NCBI GenBank assembly: GCA_900128585.1
Contig: LT642219.1
Coordinates: forward strand, 1-32,028
From: Stramenopiles sp. TOSAG23-3
Taxonomy: Eukaryota
Reading direction: 5' to 3'
DNA length: 32,028 bases
In this document: piece by piece, positions 10,283 to 20,617 of the stretch
Numbering within the stretch: the stretch's first letter is position 1
Layout: every line of letters begins with the position of its first letter
Notes under the pieces: model-generated
The model's database searches: none
Told to the model about the DNA's origin: nothing
What the model saw: the letters and a program-made list of their open reading frames with translations, nothing else
Position numbers and translations under genes: made by a program

Positions 10283-11737
10283 TCATCTTTTTACGGTACT
10301 AATGTTCCGTGTCGGACTCCGATAGTATCGTCTACAGATGCAGCGATCGTCTCGGTCAGCGGCGTCCACCTGCACCTTTTTCTCTTTCCCGTTGATCTTC
10401 CTCAGAATTTCACTCGCGCCTTTTTCTTTTCTATGTACAGCTACGTCTAACGGAGTCTGATCCTTGTCGTTCTTTGCGCGTACACCCATCGGAAATTTTG
10501 AGACAAGGCTTTCAATAGCCCCACAGCTCCCTTCAAAAGCTGCGTGGTGTAAAGGTAGCCTCTTTTTGCAATCAACGCGCTTGGCCCCACACCCGTACTT
10601 CTTCAGGATGAACCGGATTGTATCCTGCTGCTCGTCCTCGGTCATGCGAGAACATTGACGAAGGGCGTCGATTATGGGAAGGGTAGAGGGTTTGGGCACG
10701 TGTCTGTAGCTCAGGGGTACGTGCTCAGACTGTGAAATGTTTTGCCGCTTGCAAAATTCTTCAGGGGTCATTTCATGCGTTTTAACAACCATGTCCAACG
10801 CGCGCTTGACCTCCTCTTCGTACACTTTCAGGATGAATGAGACTGAAGCCTTGGGCGTGTCCGCGGTCAAATGATGAAGGGCGTTCCAGCCTACTTTATT
10901 GGCGATAATGACAGAGGAGGGGTCAAGCTTTACAAGCTGACACACGCTGTCAACGCTTGCACCGTACATAACAGCCGTGAACAACGGAGTCAGGCCGTTT
11001 TTCACCAAGTGCAAAGTTTCCTTCGCAACCGAATTCACTAAGTCCGACACATTTTTCCACTTTCTTTTTCCGTTGTCAATGACCAATTCCTCACTGTCCT
11101 CCTCTTCTTCACCAAATATCCACTTTGCAATTAGCTCCTCTACGCCTTCTCTTGAAATTACTTCGAAGACGTCTGCGTCATCAGTTGCTGCTTCATTCGC
11201 CGCCCGTTCGTCCGACCCCCCCTTATTTCCAGTGCTACCCGTTTCCGCATCTTCCACTGCTTGCAAGGCCTTCTCCTTTATGACTTCCGCGATTTGAGCA
11301 ATAGTCGGCATGTTATCTTTCTCTAGCATGGACTCTCCGACCATTCTATACACTTGCCTGAGAAACAATTTGACAACATGTACTGGATTTGTGTCTCGCC
11401 AAGCCCCAGAGCATTCCCAGAAAGAATTAATCGGCTTTGTGCACTCGCACTTGGCTTCCTTTGCAAGACGCAACAGCTTTTTCTCTTCAAAGCTGGTCAA
11501 ACTCTTGTGAATGTCTTTCATGTACTGGATATGCTTGCGTTGTTTTCTCTTTTCCTTTGTTTTCGGGCAAGAAGCGGAATGTTTCATATGCTTATGACAG
11601 CTATACCCCCCCTGTTCAGACGAGAACTCCCCGTAAGGCTTACCGTATTTTCCAACAGTATGCGCCATGCAGTTGTCTGCACCAAAACCATTCAGCTGGC
11701 AGTATGCACAGTGAACTTTGGTTTCGACCTCCGCCAT
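10283..11737 (-). CDS. Ankyrin-repeat protein with Cys/His-rich N-terminus
   Basis: Ankyrin-like units GLTPLFTAVMYG, GWNALHH, LPLHHAAFEG, QTPLDVA. N-terminal HCAYC..C..H..C..H..H..C cluster. Confidence 0.8.
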   Translation of the reverse strand: MAEVETKVHCAYCQLNGFGADNCMAHTVGKYGKPYGEFSSEQGGYSCHKHMKHSASCPKTKEKRKQRKHIQYMKDIHKSLTSFEEKKLLRLAKEAKCECTKPINSFWECSGAWRDTNPVHVVKLFLRQVYRMVGESMLEKDNMPTIAQIAEVIKEKALQAVEDAETGSTGNKGGSDERAANEAATDDADVFEVISREGVEELIAKWIFGEEEEDSEELVIDNGKRKWKNVSDLVNSVAKETLHLVKNGLTPLFTAVMYGASVDSVCQLVKLDPSSVIIANKVGWNALHHLTADTPKASVSFILKVYEEEVKRALDMVVKTHEMTPEEFCKRQNISQSEHVPLSYRHVPKPSTLPIIDALRQCSRMTEDEQQDTIRFILKKYGCGAKRVDCKKRLPLHHAAFEGSCGAIESLVSKFPMGVRAKNDKDQTPLDVAVHRKEKGASEILRKINGKEKKVQVDAADRDDRCICRRYYRSPTRNISTVKR

Positions 11738-12612
11738 TATTGTTTCACTCGGTTTGTTCTATGTGTAATGTAAAGTGAAAGTAACTTGTTCGATAGACAC
11801 TGTCGCAGTCTTGACCTGGATATACTTTGTTCTTCATCGTTCCTTCCATATTGTATTTCATTGGATTCCATTCTTTGTACTTTACACATATAATTATAAT
11901 GTATATACTGATCTATAAAAGTGCGCCAAAACCAATACCAACGAGAAACATCCACATCCATCTCATCAATTATTTATCACCAAGTATTTACTATTTTTGT
12001 TGAGCAAATACGACAAACAACAACTGATGCGCTTTCTATAATTTGCAATTATAAACAATGCTGTGCTTATATTATATAAATAATTAACTATAGTAAATAC
12101 TACGAGACTCCTCGTACTACTCCTCGTACAGCTTATACGATGATTAGATATAATAAATTAATAACAAAAAATGTGCGAAGAAGATAGAAGTAGAAGAGAG
12201 AAGTGAAAAAAAGGAAAAAAACAACACAAAAAAACAAATAACTAATAAGTGGGTGTTCAAGTTGTAACCCGGACAACATAAACACAGCACTATAGACGAC
12301 GATAAATATTCATCTCAAAAAAAAACAAACAAAAAACAAAAAAAAAGAAACTGACGACTGAAAAACCGCGGCTGCCGTTATATTTTTTATATTAAAATAT
12401 TAATGTTTTTTTATAAAATATTAAGCAAAAGAACCACCATTCTATTATACCAAAGACGACTGTAGTCGTAGTCTACGTACAATACTTCGAGTTTTTTGTT
12501 CAGAAACAAGCCAGAATGAAAAGAGATATCAATTTTAAACAAAGTAAACGATTTATCTATTTCCCGCCATTTCATAGTTATTGTAAAAACTAAACTGAAG
12601 ACGAACTTAGTT

Positions 12613-12984
12613 ATGTCGTCTTGAGGGGGTGGGGCCACTGTCGAGAGCGACGTTGCGAGCATTCGCATAGACCTCCGTCACGGAACTAGCTGAGGTTTTC
12701 CGGCATTCGCACGAAAGGTGGCTCGGCAGATTAAACGACGATGCTCGCGTGCTGGTTTTTCTGTAAATGTCGTCTGTGCTCCCAGTGTGCCATTGAGTTT
12801 CGAAGTGTCTGTCTCTGGTAAAGTCGTCCACTCAAAGCTAAACGGCCAAGGTTTTATCTCTACCAAAGAGAAGCTTTCGTCGTGCATGAAGAAGATTCTT
12901 AAAATATTGAGAGCTCCAGCTCCAGAGCAGGGGAATCTAACATTGCCTGAGGATAGCGGTACGTCTCTTTTTACCGCGCTGTAA
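12613..12984 (+). CDS. Selenoprotein W / Rdx-family selenoprotein (in-frame UGA at 12622-12624 and 12691-12693)
   Basis: Reading through UGA gives MSSUGGGATVESDVASIRIDLRHGTSUGFPAFARKVARQIK...FEVSVSGKVVHSKLNGQGFISTKEKL.... The second UGA sits at the Rdx xxxUG(F/Y) position, FEV.V.GK.VHSK..G.GF matches the SelW signature, and a SECIS follows in the 3' UTR. Confidence 0.85.
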
Positions 12985-13009
12985 TTTTTTTTGTGGGGGG
13001 GGTGGACAT

Positions 13010-13100
13010 TCTTGCGGTATTAGTTGCTTATGAACTGCGTAGGCGCTGAAACCAATCTTCCAACTTTGTTTGGACAGTTTCCTAGCAGTGAAGCTTCAAG
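13010..13100 (+). promoter_or_regulatory. Eukaryotic SECIS element (type II-like)
   Basis: ATGA core at 13030-13033; stem CTGC(G)TAGG/CCTAGCAG extended by GCTG/CAGT; unpaired AAA at 13049-13051; apical mini-helix CCAA/TTGG; closing TGAA at 13089-13092. The core lies about 45 nt after the stop codon. Confidence 0.85.
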
Positions 13101-14375
13101 TTGTTGAACATATCTAATATCAAGAGTGTCTGTACTATTACGTTTTTTTTTTTCAGTAAGTATATATTCGAGAAAAAAATATTTTACTCTTGCAGACACC
13201 GATGTGGATGTGTGTCGTGACATCGCCGTGCAAAAACCATCCGTCGTTCTGAAACTGAAATGTTCACTTTCTCCTTTCAAAATCCCATTAAATTAGTCGT
13301 AATAAATATATTGTCACCAAAGTAGTAATTTATCTTTACGCTCTGTACCTGTTATAATACCATCATAAAGATTTTACACCGATACGAAAGAAAAAAAGTA
13401 AAACAAAAAAAATTCCATTATTATATTATTTCAAATTAATTGATTGCAGCAGAAAGGAGACCGAAATTCCTTATTTTTAGCCATGATTTCCGCGGAGTTG
13501 TTAAAAAGAAAAAAGACGACCGTCGATGTTTTTTTTTACGTAAAATGTAATGGTAGACACCTGTTTTATAAAGTGTTCAATGTCCTTGGCGCGAAAAAAA
13601 ATCCGACTCGATTTTCAAAGTATGAAAGCGTTCGGGCAGAAAATGACAAATGAAAGGTACGAGGACGTCTAACTGCATAAGTTTAGACTAGACAATCGCT
13701 CCAATCACAACGCGCGTGACTCAACGAACGTTTATAAATTGTTTGCCCTCTAATGACTTGGAATTGTGGTTCCTAGGGACAATTGAACGTGAAATGGACG
13801 ATTAGGACAAAACGCCACCCGAACAAACACTTATTCATTTGTTGGTGGTAGAAAAATGGATCGTACGGACACAATAATTAACATTAGAAACTGTACGTTC
13901 AGCTTTAAATTTTTTTAAATAAACGTTTTTTCATAAAGATCTTTGCGTTTGAAATAGTTAACACAAAGTCCTTTCCCAATTTTCAATTCCGCGCCAAAGA
14001 TACTGATTTTTTGCAAGGAGGGCATTCTTCTGTTTTAATGCTGTGTCTATATATCGTAAAAATGAAGGGGAACATTTGGGTTTTTTTGGCTTCTTCTTCT
14101 TCATCACAACCTCCCGTCTCCCCCGCCGTGTGAAAGAATGTACCGTACCAGTAATAAAACCGGACGGAAATTTTTTTATTAAGAACTGAAAGTTACAAAC
14201 TAACCTCAATCTTCGTTCTTCCGAAGATAACTTTACATCAGTCTTCGTAGAAGAATAGCTACAACTTCCTTTCCTTTCTTAGTGTAAAAAATGTAAAGAC
14301 TATATTCTAAAAGTCCAGTACCTGTAGCATCAGAGGAGGAGCACAATAGATACACTTGGCAATAACGGTACGGGA

Positions 14376-15677
14376 ATGTGCGTTGATATCAAAATGCGCG
14401 CTGCGTACGAAAAGTGGAGGGACGCGTTTTACAACAGAAATTTGTCGACTACTCCTGCCTATGATGTGGTAGGCTTGCTTGCAGCACTCTGTATTGGCCG
14501 TCGTTGCTCCCCCGGCCGTTACTTTGACGTCGGCTCGGTCGACAATGTCACCCAAGAAGGCGCTGTCGTGTACAAGCTGAAAGAATCGTTCCGTTCAAAA
14601 GAAACATTGTCCTTGTTTAGAACGCTGGCGAACTTTGGAAAAGCGAATGTGAAGCTGATGATCATTACAGATTTTGGCGAGGAGTGTGACGACGAAGTCG
14701 CGTGCTTGCTGGCAGACAGGCTCCACAGAGAGGGATTGGCAAACGTTCGGTTTTTGTTTGTGACGAACCGGTTCGAGGAGCAGAGGGCACGGTTTGCCCG
14801 GTGGGGTGGAGACGTGTCCTTGGTGTCTTCTATTTACGAAGAAAACCGATTTGAAGAGTTTTTGAACTGGTGTGACGACAGTATTCGCATTGTTCTCCAG
14901 ATAGGCCCAATTCACGAACCGGGATTGATTCCGCGCGCGGCGAGGTGGCGGCCAGCACTAACTTGTAAATATAATTACGTGGTAGTCGGGACGTTCAATG
15001 GGGTTCCTGCCTTGAACGTCAAGGGCGATGCCAGGGCCTCCGCGCTGCACTTGATGAACGGTGCTGAGAAGAAAATAGTCGTGGATACAATGGGAGGTCT
15101 TGGGGCGTTTGAGTTTACGTGGAAGTCTCTGTCCGCTGTTTTCCCGAACATAAGCAAAGATGATAGAGATTCAATTGTAGAGCATGTGTGTAAAATTGGG
15201 TGGCGAAACTCGGTGGGACGAGCAAGTGCGAAGGCAGGTCTGCACGTCGCGCACCTCGTCTCTGCACCTGTTCGTGACTCCCCAGGGGGTGCAAATTACG
15301 CGACCGTAGCGAACATAGAGAGAGAGCTGGGGCGGGGGGTTGTCGGCTCGCGAAAATCAATAGAGTTGGCGGAAAGGTATTTAGACCGTTTGCAGCGTCA
15401 ACCCGTGCAAACCGCGATGAAACTGAAAGTGTTAGACGACGGGTCGACGAACAGTCCGCATGGCGCAACTGCAGCGTCAATTGTAAGTGGGTACGCGTAC
15501 ATTCTGGACTGCCTGCATCACTTTTTCGAAGTCCCCATCGAATTTTTCGAGTCTGGTTCAGCGGAAAACTGGAATGCTCAATGGGACACGCCGTCCGTCC
15601 AAGACGTCGAATCAGGGAAAGTGCAGGCCCCGTTCTTTGCTGATTCGGCGTTCGTATTGCGCGGGCAGTATTCATAA
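14376..15677 (+). CDS. Hypothetical protein, possibly nucleoside-hydrolase-like fold
   Basis: 433-aa ORF with coding-like composition. LMIITDFGEECDDEVA resembles the Asp-rich D.G..DD motif of IU-nucleoside hydrolases, and VLQIGPI resembles their GP motif. The 5' end is uncertain. Confidence 0.6.
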   Translation: MCVDIKMRAAYEKWRDAFYNRNLSTTPAYDVVGLLAALCIGRRCSPGRYFDVGSVDNVTQEGAVVYKLKESFRSKETLSLFRTLANFGKANVKLMIITDFGEECDDEVACLLADRLHREGLANVRFLFVTNRFEEQRARFARWGGDVSLVSSIYEENRFEEFLNWCDDSIRIVLQIGPIHEPGLIPRAARWRPALTCKYNYVVVGTFNGVPALNVKGDARASALHLMNGAEKKIVVDTMGGLGAFEFTWKSLSAVFPNISKDDRDSIVEHVCKIGWRNSVGRASAKAGLHVAHLVSAPVRDSPGGANYATVANIERELGRGVVGSRKSIELAERYLDRLQRQPVQTAMKLKVLDDGSTNSPHGATAASIVSGYAYILDCLHHFFEVPIEFFESGSAENWNAQWDTPSVQDVESGKVQAPFFADSAFVLRGQYS

Positions 15678-15788
15678 TTCCTGCGGTACCTTGGTATTTC
15701 GTGCGTAACGTTATTAGGATAAAGTTTTAAAAACAAGAAACTTGGCTGTTAAAGTTTAAAGTGTTTTCTGTTCTTCATAAAAATGTTT

Positions 15789-17933
15789 TTATTTCTGCTC
15801 TAGATAGCTCTTCGTTAATTCCTCGATAGGGTATTCCTTTCCCAAGAGACTGTTTAGCATCATGTACGGATCCTTCGCACCCCCGTGCTCTAATATTTCT
15901 GCCTTGAACTTCTTCCCAGCCTCCGGCGACAAAGGATCTTGTTCAAAAAGAGTTTTCCATATAATTGCAGCATACACCCTCGCGTGCAAGTAGCTGTAAT
16001 ACGTGCCTGCGTAATTGATGAAGTGGCGGAACGTTGAGTGTGGTGTGCAGCCCTGCACGTATGGAGTGGACGTGTACTTGTCCGTTATCTCCTTCAAAAT
16101 TTCAACAGATGTCGTGTCGCTGCCTTCCCTAATCCGCCCATCGTGAAATTGCTGGTCCATAAGGGACCACAGCAGCTGGGTCTCCACCGCTTTCCCCGAG
16201 AACAGCGCGCGTTCCTCCTGGATCTGGGCCACCGCTTCGACCGGCAATGGTTGCTTGGTTTTATAATGTTTTGCGAAATGCTTCAAGACGCGATGGTCTC
16301 GCAGAAAATATTCCATCAGGTGCGATGGTATTTCGACAAAGTCTGTCTTTACACGGGTCCCGGCCAAGTGCTGAAACCGCGTTCGAGAGATCAAGGTGTG
16401 GAGGGCATGCCCAAATTCGTGGAACAGTGTCGTCGCTTCCGCATGGGAGAGCAGCGTCGGTTCCTCTCCAAAAAACAACCCCCCCTTTTTTCTAGGTTTA
16501 CTGAAATTTGTTACTAGCAAGACGGCGGGGAACTGATACTCACCGTCTCGAGTTTGGTGCCCGTGCTTAATCGCAAAATGGGTGGCCCCTGGCATCTTGT
16601 TTGCCCTTTGGTACAAATCTAAGTAGATGACTCCGACCTCCCTGTCTTGGTCGTCGTGAACCACTAGTTTTCGGGCAGCGTTTTCTTCGGACAGCCCCCC
16701 AGACCAATCTTCCGCATCCGGCAACTCTTGTTGCTTGAACGTTAGCCCGAACAATGTTTCGCAAATATAGCTGAGCCCCCCGAAGACACTCTCGAGCTCT
16801 AAGTACCCGTGCATCGAGTTCGAACTCGACCGGTTGACATTTTTGTCCTTGTAACGGTTCATCAGTACTGCAGTGTCCCAAGCGTTCAGTTCCTTGCTGC
16901 CTGGGCTCGCTTTCTCTTTCAGCCCTTCTAAGATTGTCATCTCTTTCTGTATTTTAAGCTTCGCGCTGTCTAAAACGCCGTGAAGGAACGTTCGTATGGC
17001 ATCTTTTGAACCCATCATCTGCTCCTTTGACACGAGGTCGATGTACGAGTCGTGGCCCAAAAGGTTTGCCTTTTCGTGCCGCTTTTTCAGGAGCTGCTCC
17101 AACACTTCTACATTATCCGACCCCACGGCCGAGAACCTTCGGTAAATGGCCTCCCTGATTCCTTCGTCGCCGATGCACGACAGAGCCGTCGGCATGACAC
17201 TGGAGTGAAGAAGAGCCATCCCAGGCTGCAGATTAAAGTGGGCAAGCAGTTTTGGGTTCGTCGCCTCTTTCACCATGTAGTTGGGAAGCCTGTTAATGCT
17301 ACCGGCCGGGAGCGCAAGGAAATCCTGCGCTTGAATCGCATTCGTCATGAACTGGCTCTCCAGCATGGAGATCTGCACGATGACTTCCCTCAGCTTTTCT
17401 TGCTTTTCTTTCTCCAAATGTACGCCATCCTTCTCAAAATCGTTAAGCATCATGCTCGCCATCATCTTCTGCTCCTCCGTCAACGCCCCATACGTGGTCT
17501 CGCAGTCGATCAGGCTCTTCAGGGTCAAGTACAGCCCTTCGTCGTGGCCCAAAACGTACAAGTAGTCCGAAAGTTCGTGCACGGTCTCTTCCGCCGCGCG
17601 GCGAAAATTGTCGTCTACATGAACGCTGCGGCAGAGCTCGGCCACATCAATCACTTCGCAAAGGGTGTAGGATATCTGGTCTAAGTCATCCAAAATGGAT
17701 GGCTCCGGCCGGTCCACTTTGTTGTATATTTTCTGGCGGACTACGTCTACTTCGCCGACGGCCTGTTTGGTGAGCGCCGCCCAGTCCGAAGGTTTGTTCA
17801 AACCGGGCACTCCGAACACTCCTGCACTCTCGGAGCAGAATCTTTTCCACCCAAACAAACGGGCACCAACGTGCGGCCTTTTCGCCAATAGACTAAGTCT
17901 TGCATGCCCAGACAACAACCGTGGAAGGTTCAT
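15789..17933 (-). CDS. MIPEP: Mitochondrial intermediate peptidase (M3 metallopeptidase, Oct1/MIPEP)
   Basis: R/L/S-rich mitochondrial presequence, G.FG.PGL, LD.IS..LC.VID.AE, IYLDLY.R..K, TLFHEFGHALH, GTR..TDFVEIPSHLMEYF, F.H...Y..TYYSYL. Confidence 0.93.
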   Translation of the reverse strand: MNLPRLLSGHARLSLLAKRPHVGARLFGWKRFCSESAGVFGVPGLNKPSDWAALTKQAVGEVDVVRQKIYNKVDRPEPSILDDLDQISYTLCEVIDVAELCRSVHVDDNFRRAAEETVHELSDYLYVLGHDEGLYLTLKSLIDCETTYGALTEEQKMMASMMLNDFEKDGVHLEKEKQEKLREVIVQISMLESQFMTNAIQAQDFLALPAGSINRLPNYMVKEATNPKLLAHFNLQPGMALLHSSVMPTALSCIGDEGIREAIYRRFSAVGSDNVEVLEQLLKKRHEKANLLGHDSYIDLVSKEQMMGSKDAIRTFLHGVLDSAKLKIQKEMTILEGLKEKASPGSKELNAWDTAVLMNRYKDKNVNRSSSNSMHGYLELESVFGGLSYICETLFGLTFKQQELPDAEDWSGGLSEENAARKLVVHDDQDREVGVIYLDLYQRANKMPGATHFAIKHGHQTRDGEYQFPAVLLVTNFSKPRKKGGLFFGEEPTLLSHAEATTLFHEFGHALHTLISRTRFQHLAGTRVKTDFVEIPSHLMEYFLRDHRVLKHFAKHYKTKQPLPVEAVAQIQEERALFSGKAVETQLLWSLMDQQFHDGRIREGSDTTSVEILKEITDKYTSTPYVQGCTPHSTFRHFINYAGTYYSYLHARVYAAIIWKTLFEQDPLSPEAGKKFKAEILEHGGAKDPYMMLNSLLGKEYPIEELTKSYLEQK

Positions 17934-18897
17934 CCCTTGTTACACCGCCCGGCCACCGAGAAACGTTCGCCTACCGCCCTCGGTCGAGCAGCACCCCCCC
18001 AGTGCGGGATTACAAAAAGCAGTATGGGGAAAGATGCAAACGGGGCTCGCACTTGGTCAAGTAATGGAAAGTATTTCGTACACAACAGCGAATTAACATG
18101 TTTTATCGATTCATGAATAGGTACAGCTCCATTCCATTTCCGTTATAATTTAAAAGGAGCATACGTGCTTATCGTATAATAAAATACAACAAATCAAATA
18201 AAGAAATATAAGTTCAAGTAATAAAATAATAATAATAATAATATATTATACGACGAAGTACGGAACCTCCTCTCCATGACCTTTTTACATCCACACAGCA
18301 TATATAATTATATAGACACATTAAACTATCCTTTATATTTTGTCTCTCCTCTCTCTTCTCTTCTCTTCTCTTCTCCACCATCCCATCATCCCATCCCATC
18401 CATATGATGAAAAGGGGAGAGGGGTGGTGGTGGTGGGTGGTGGGGGTCCGAGGGGGTGGTGATTAAAAAATAGTAATACGAGGACGTAATATAAAAAAAA
18501 ATACAGTAGAAACCGCGGTATATACGTATGGCCAGGGTCTTTTTTTTTTATTTTTAAAAAAAAATTTTTTTCTCTTTTTTTAACATCAAAATAGCATTGA
18601 TTAATATCGTAATATAAAAAAAAAAAATCTAATTAATATTTATAATATTAATTAATAATAAAGCGAGACGACGAAGGACGACGAAGAAGAACGAAAAAAA
18701 AATGAAAAAAATAATAATAATATCAATTATTAATTGTTCTTTATAATATTTATTATTATTATTGTTAAAACAAAAGAAGTTTCGTACTTCAATTCTTTCC
18801 TTTTTCTTTTTGAAAAGCAAAATTAAGAAACGGTGACTTTTGTTTTAATTGTTCGTTTCCAAATTACCACCGAGAAATTTGAGTGATTTTATTTACC

Positions 18898-20591
18898 ATG
18901 AACCTTCTGAGTCAACTTTGTCTTGGGGTTCTCCTGAGCGCCCTGAGCGCCAAGGAGTGCCATGATATCGTACGCAGCAGACTCTGGGTCTTTGTACGGG
19001 ACGCTGGGATTCTACCCTGCCGCCAACCACACCCCTGGGTCCACGCGGACGTGTTACGATTGGGATTCTGGCAAGTATTTAGGCGAAATCCCGGAGGTCG
19101 CGAGTACGTACAACGTCGTCGGAAACACGAACGAGTTCCAGCTGACCATTGCGGAGACCACGTTCGGGGGCCTGGGGTCCCTTAGCTCCCAGTCCGGTGC
19201 CATCATCGACTACGGAAGTTTAATCTGGATCACGCTGCAGCGGGCAAAGAATGTCCAGGAGGCAATCACTGTTATGGACGACCTTATGCAAAAGTACGGG
19301 TACGCGAGCGACGGCGAGTCGTTCTCCCTTGCCGACCCAAAGGAGGTGTGGTTGATGGAGGTAATGAGCAAGGGCGAAGGGGAGCTTGGATCGGTATGGG
19401 TGGCCCAGAAAATTCCCGACGGCTACGTGTCTGGCCATGCGAACCAGGCGAGAATTCGCACGTTTAACCACAACGACCCAAGCACCAGCCGCTTCGCCCA
19501 CGACGTGGTCGACTTTGCGCGGAAGAAGGGATTGTACCCCAGCGATAAGGCGGACTCGGAGTTTTCGTTTTCGGACACGTTCGACCCGGTGTCGTTCACC
19601 GGGGCCCGGCTCTGCGAGTGTCGGGTGTGGAATATGTTCCGGCAGGTCGCAGCAGAGGACAACTTTGGGGACCGGTACCTGGACTACGTGAAGGGCGAAA
19701 ACCTGACCCATCGCATGCCCCTGTTCATTAAACCACGGGACAAAATCTCCTTGAACGATACGTTTTGGTTCATGCGGAGCCACTACGAAGGGACGTACTT
19801 TGACATGACCGTGGACGTGGGGGCCGGGCAGTACGCCTCGGCGTACCGGGCCCGGCCTTTGTTCTGGGAAACAAGCGACAAAGTGACCTACCACAACGAA
19901 CGCCCCATTGGGGTGCAGCAGACGGCGTGGCACTTCACGGCGCAGATGAGGAGCTTCTTGCCGGACATAATCGGAGCGGTGGTTTGGTTCGCAGTCGACG
20001 ACACGGCGCACTCCGTGCATGTGCCGTTTTACCCGTCGGTCACAAAGATCAGCGAAAAGTGGGCGGACAAAGGAATTCAGCATGTGGACGACGAGAAGGC
20101 TAGCTTGAAGGTGTCCTTCGACTCGGCATGGTGGCTGTTCAACATGGTCGCGAACCTTTGCTACAACCGGTACGATGCCATGAACCCTGTCGTCCAGGCA
20201 AAAATAGTCGAGGTGGAGTCTGGCTACTTCAAGGACACCCAGGCAATCGAGGAGAAGGCGAAGGGCATGATTCAAGACGGCAAGACCGCAGAAGTGCGCG
20301 AGATGTTGACACAATTTTCGATGGAACGCGCCGATAACATTGTCGTGGAATGGCTGGAGTTCTGGAAAGAGTTGTTTTTTCAAGTTTCGGGATTACTTTG
20401 TGGTTTCCCCCCCGGCGGCCCCGGCGCACCCAAAGGACCACCCGTGGCCAAGCGTGGTGCAAGGGGGGTACCCGACCAAATGGAACGATGTGGTTGCAAA
20501 GGAAACGGGCGACCACTACCTTGTCCCGAAAAACCTGGACATGGCGCTGGAGAACCGGAAGTTGAAAGCGATTCGCAAGGGGTCAAAGTGA
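18898..20591 (+). CDS. Secreted peptidase family C69 (dipeptidase A-like); frame breaks near 18960 and 20375-20380
   Basis: Signal peptide MNLLSQLCLGVLLSALSAKEC from ATG 18898 is out of frame with the core (MISYAADS, NE.QLTIAETTFGG, IDYGSLI.ITLQRA, YGYAS.GESFSLAD, SGHANQARI, NERPIG.QQT). The family-like C-terminus (FRD...GGYP..W...VAKETGDHY.VP) is in the frame of ORF 20340-20591. Confidence 0.88.
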
Positions 20592-20617
20592 ACCGGCAGA
20601 TGAAAGAATTCACTGAT

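Noticed and set aside
12411-12887. Two in-frame minus-strand ORFs separated by one TGA (possible readthrough)
   Set aside because: No recognisable protein; antisense to the SelW-like gene, whose motifs and SECIS are on the plus strand.
13958-14209. Small Lys-rich minus-strand ORF
   Set aside because: Short, AT-rich, no family motif; cannot be supported without expression data.
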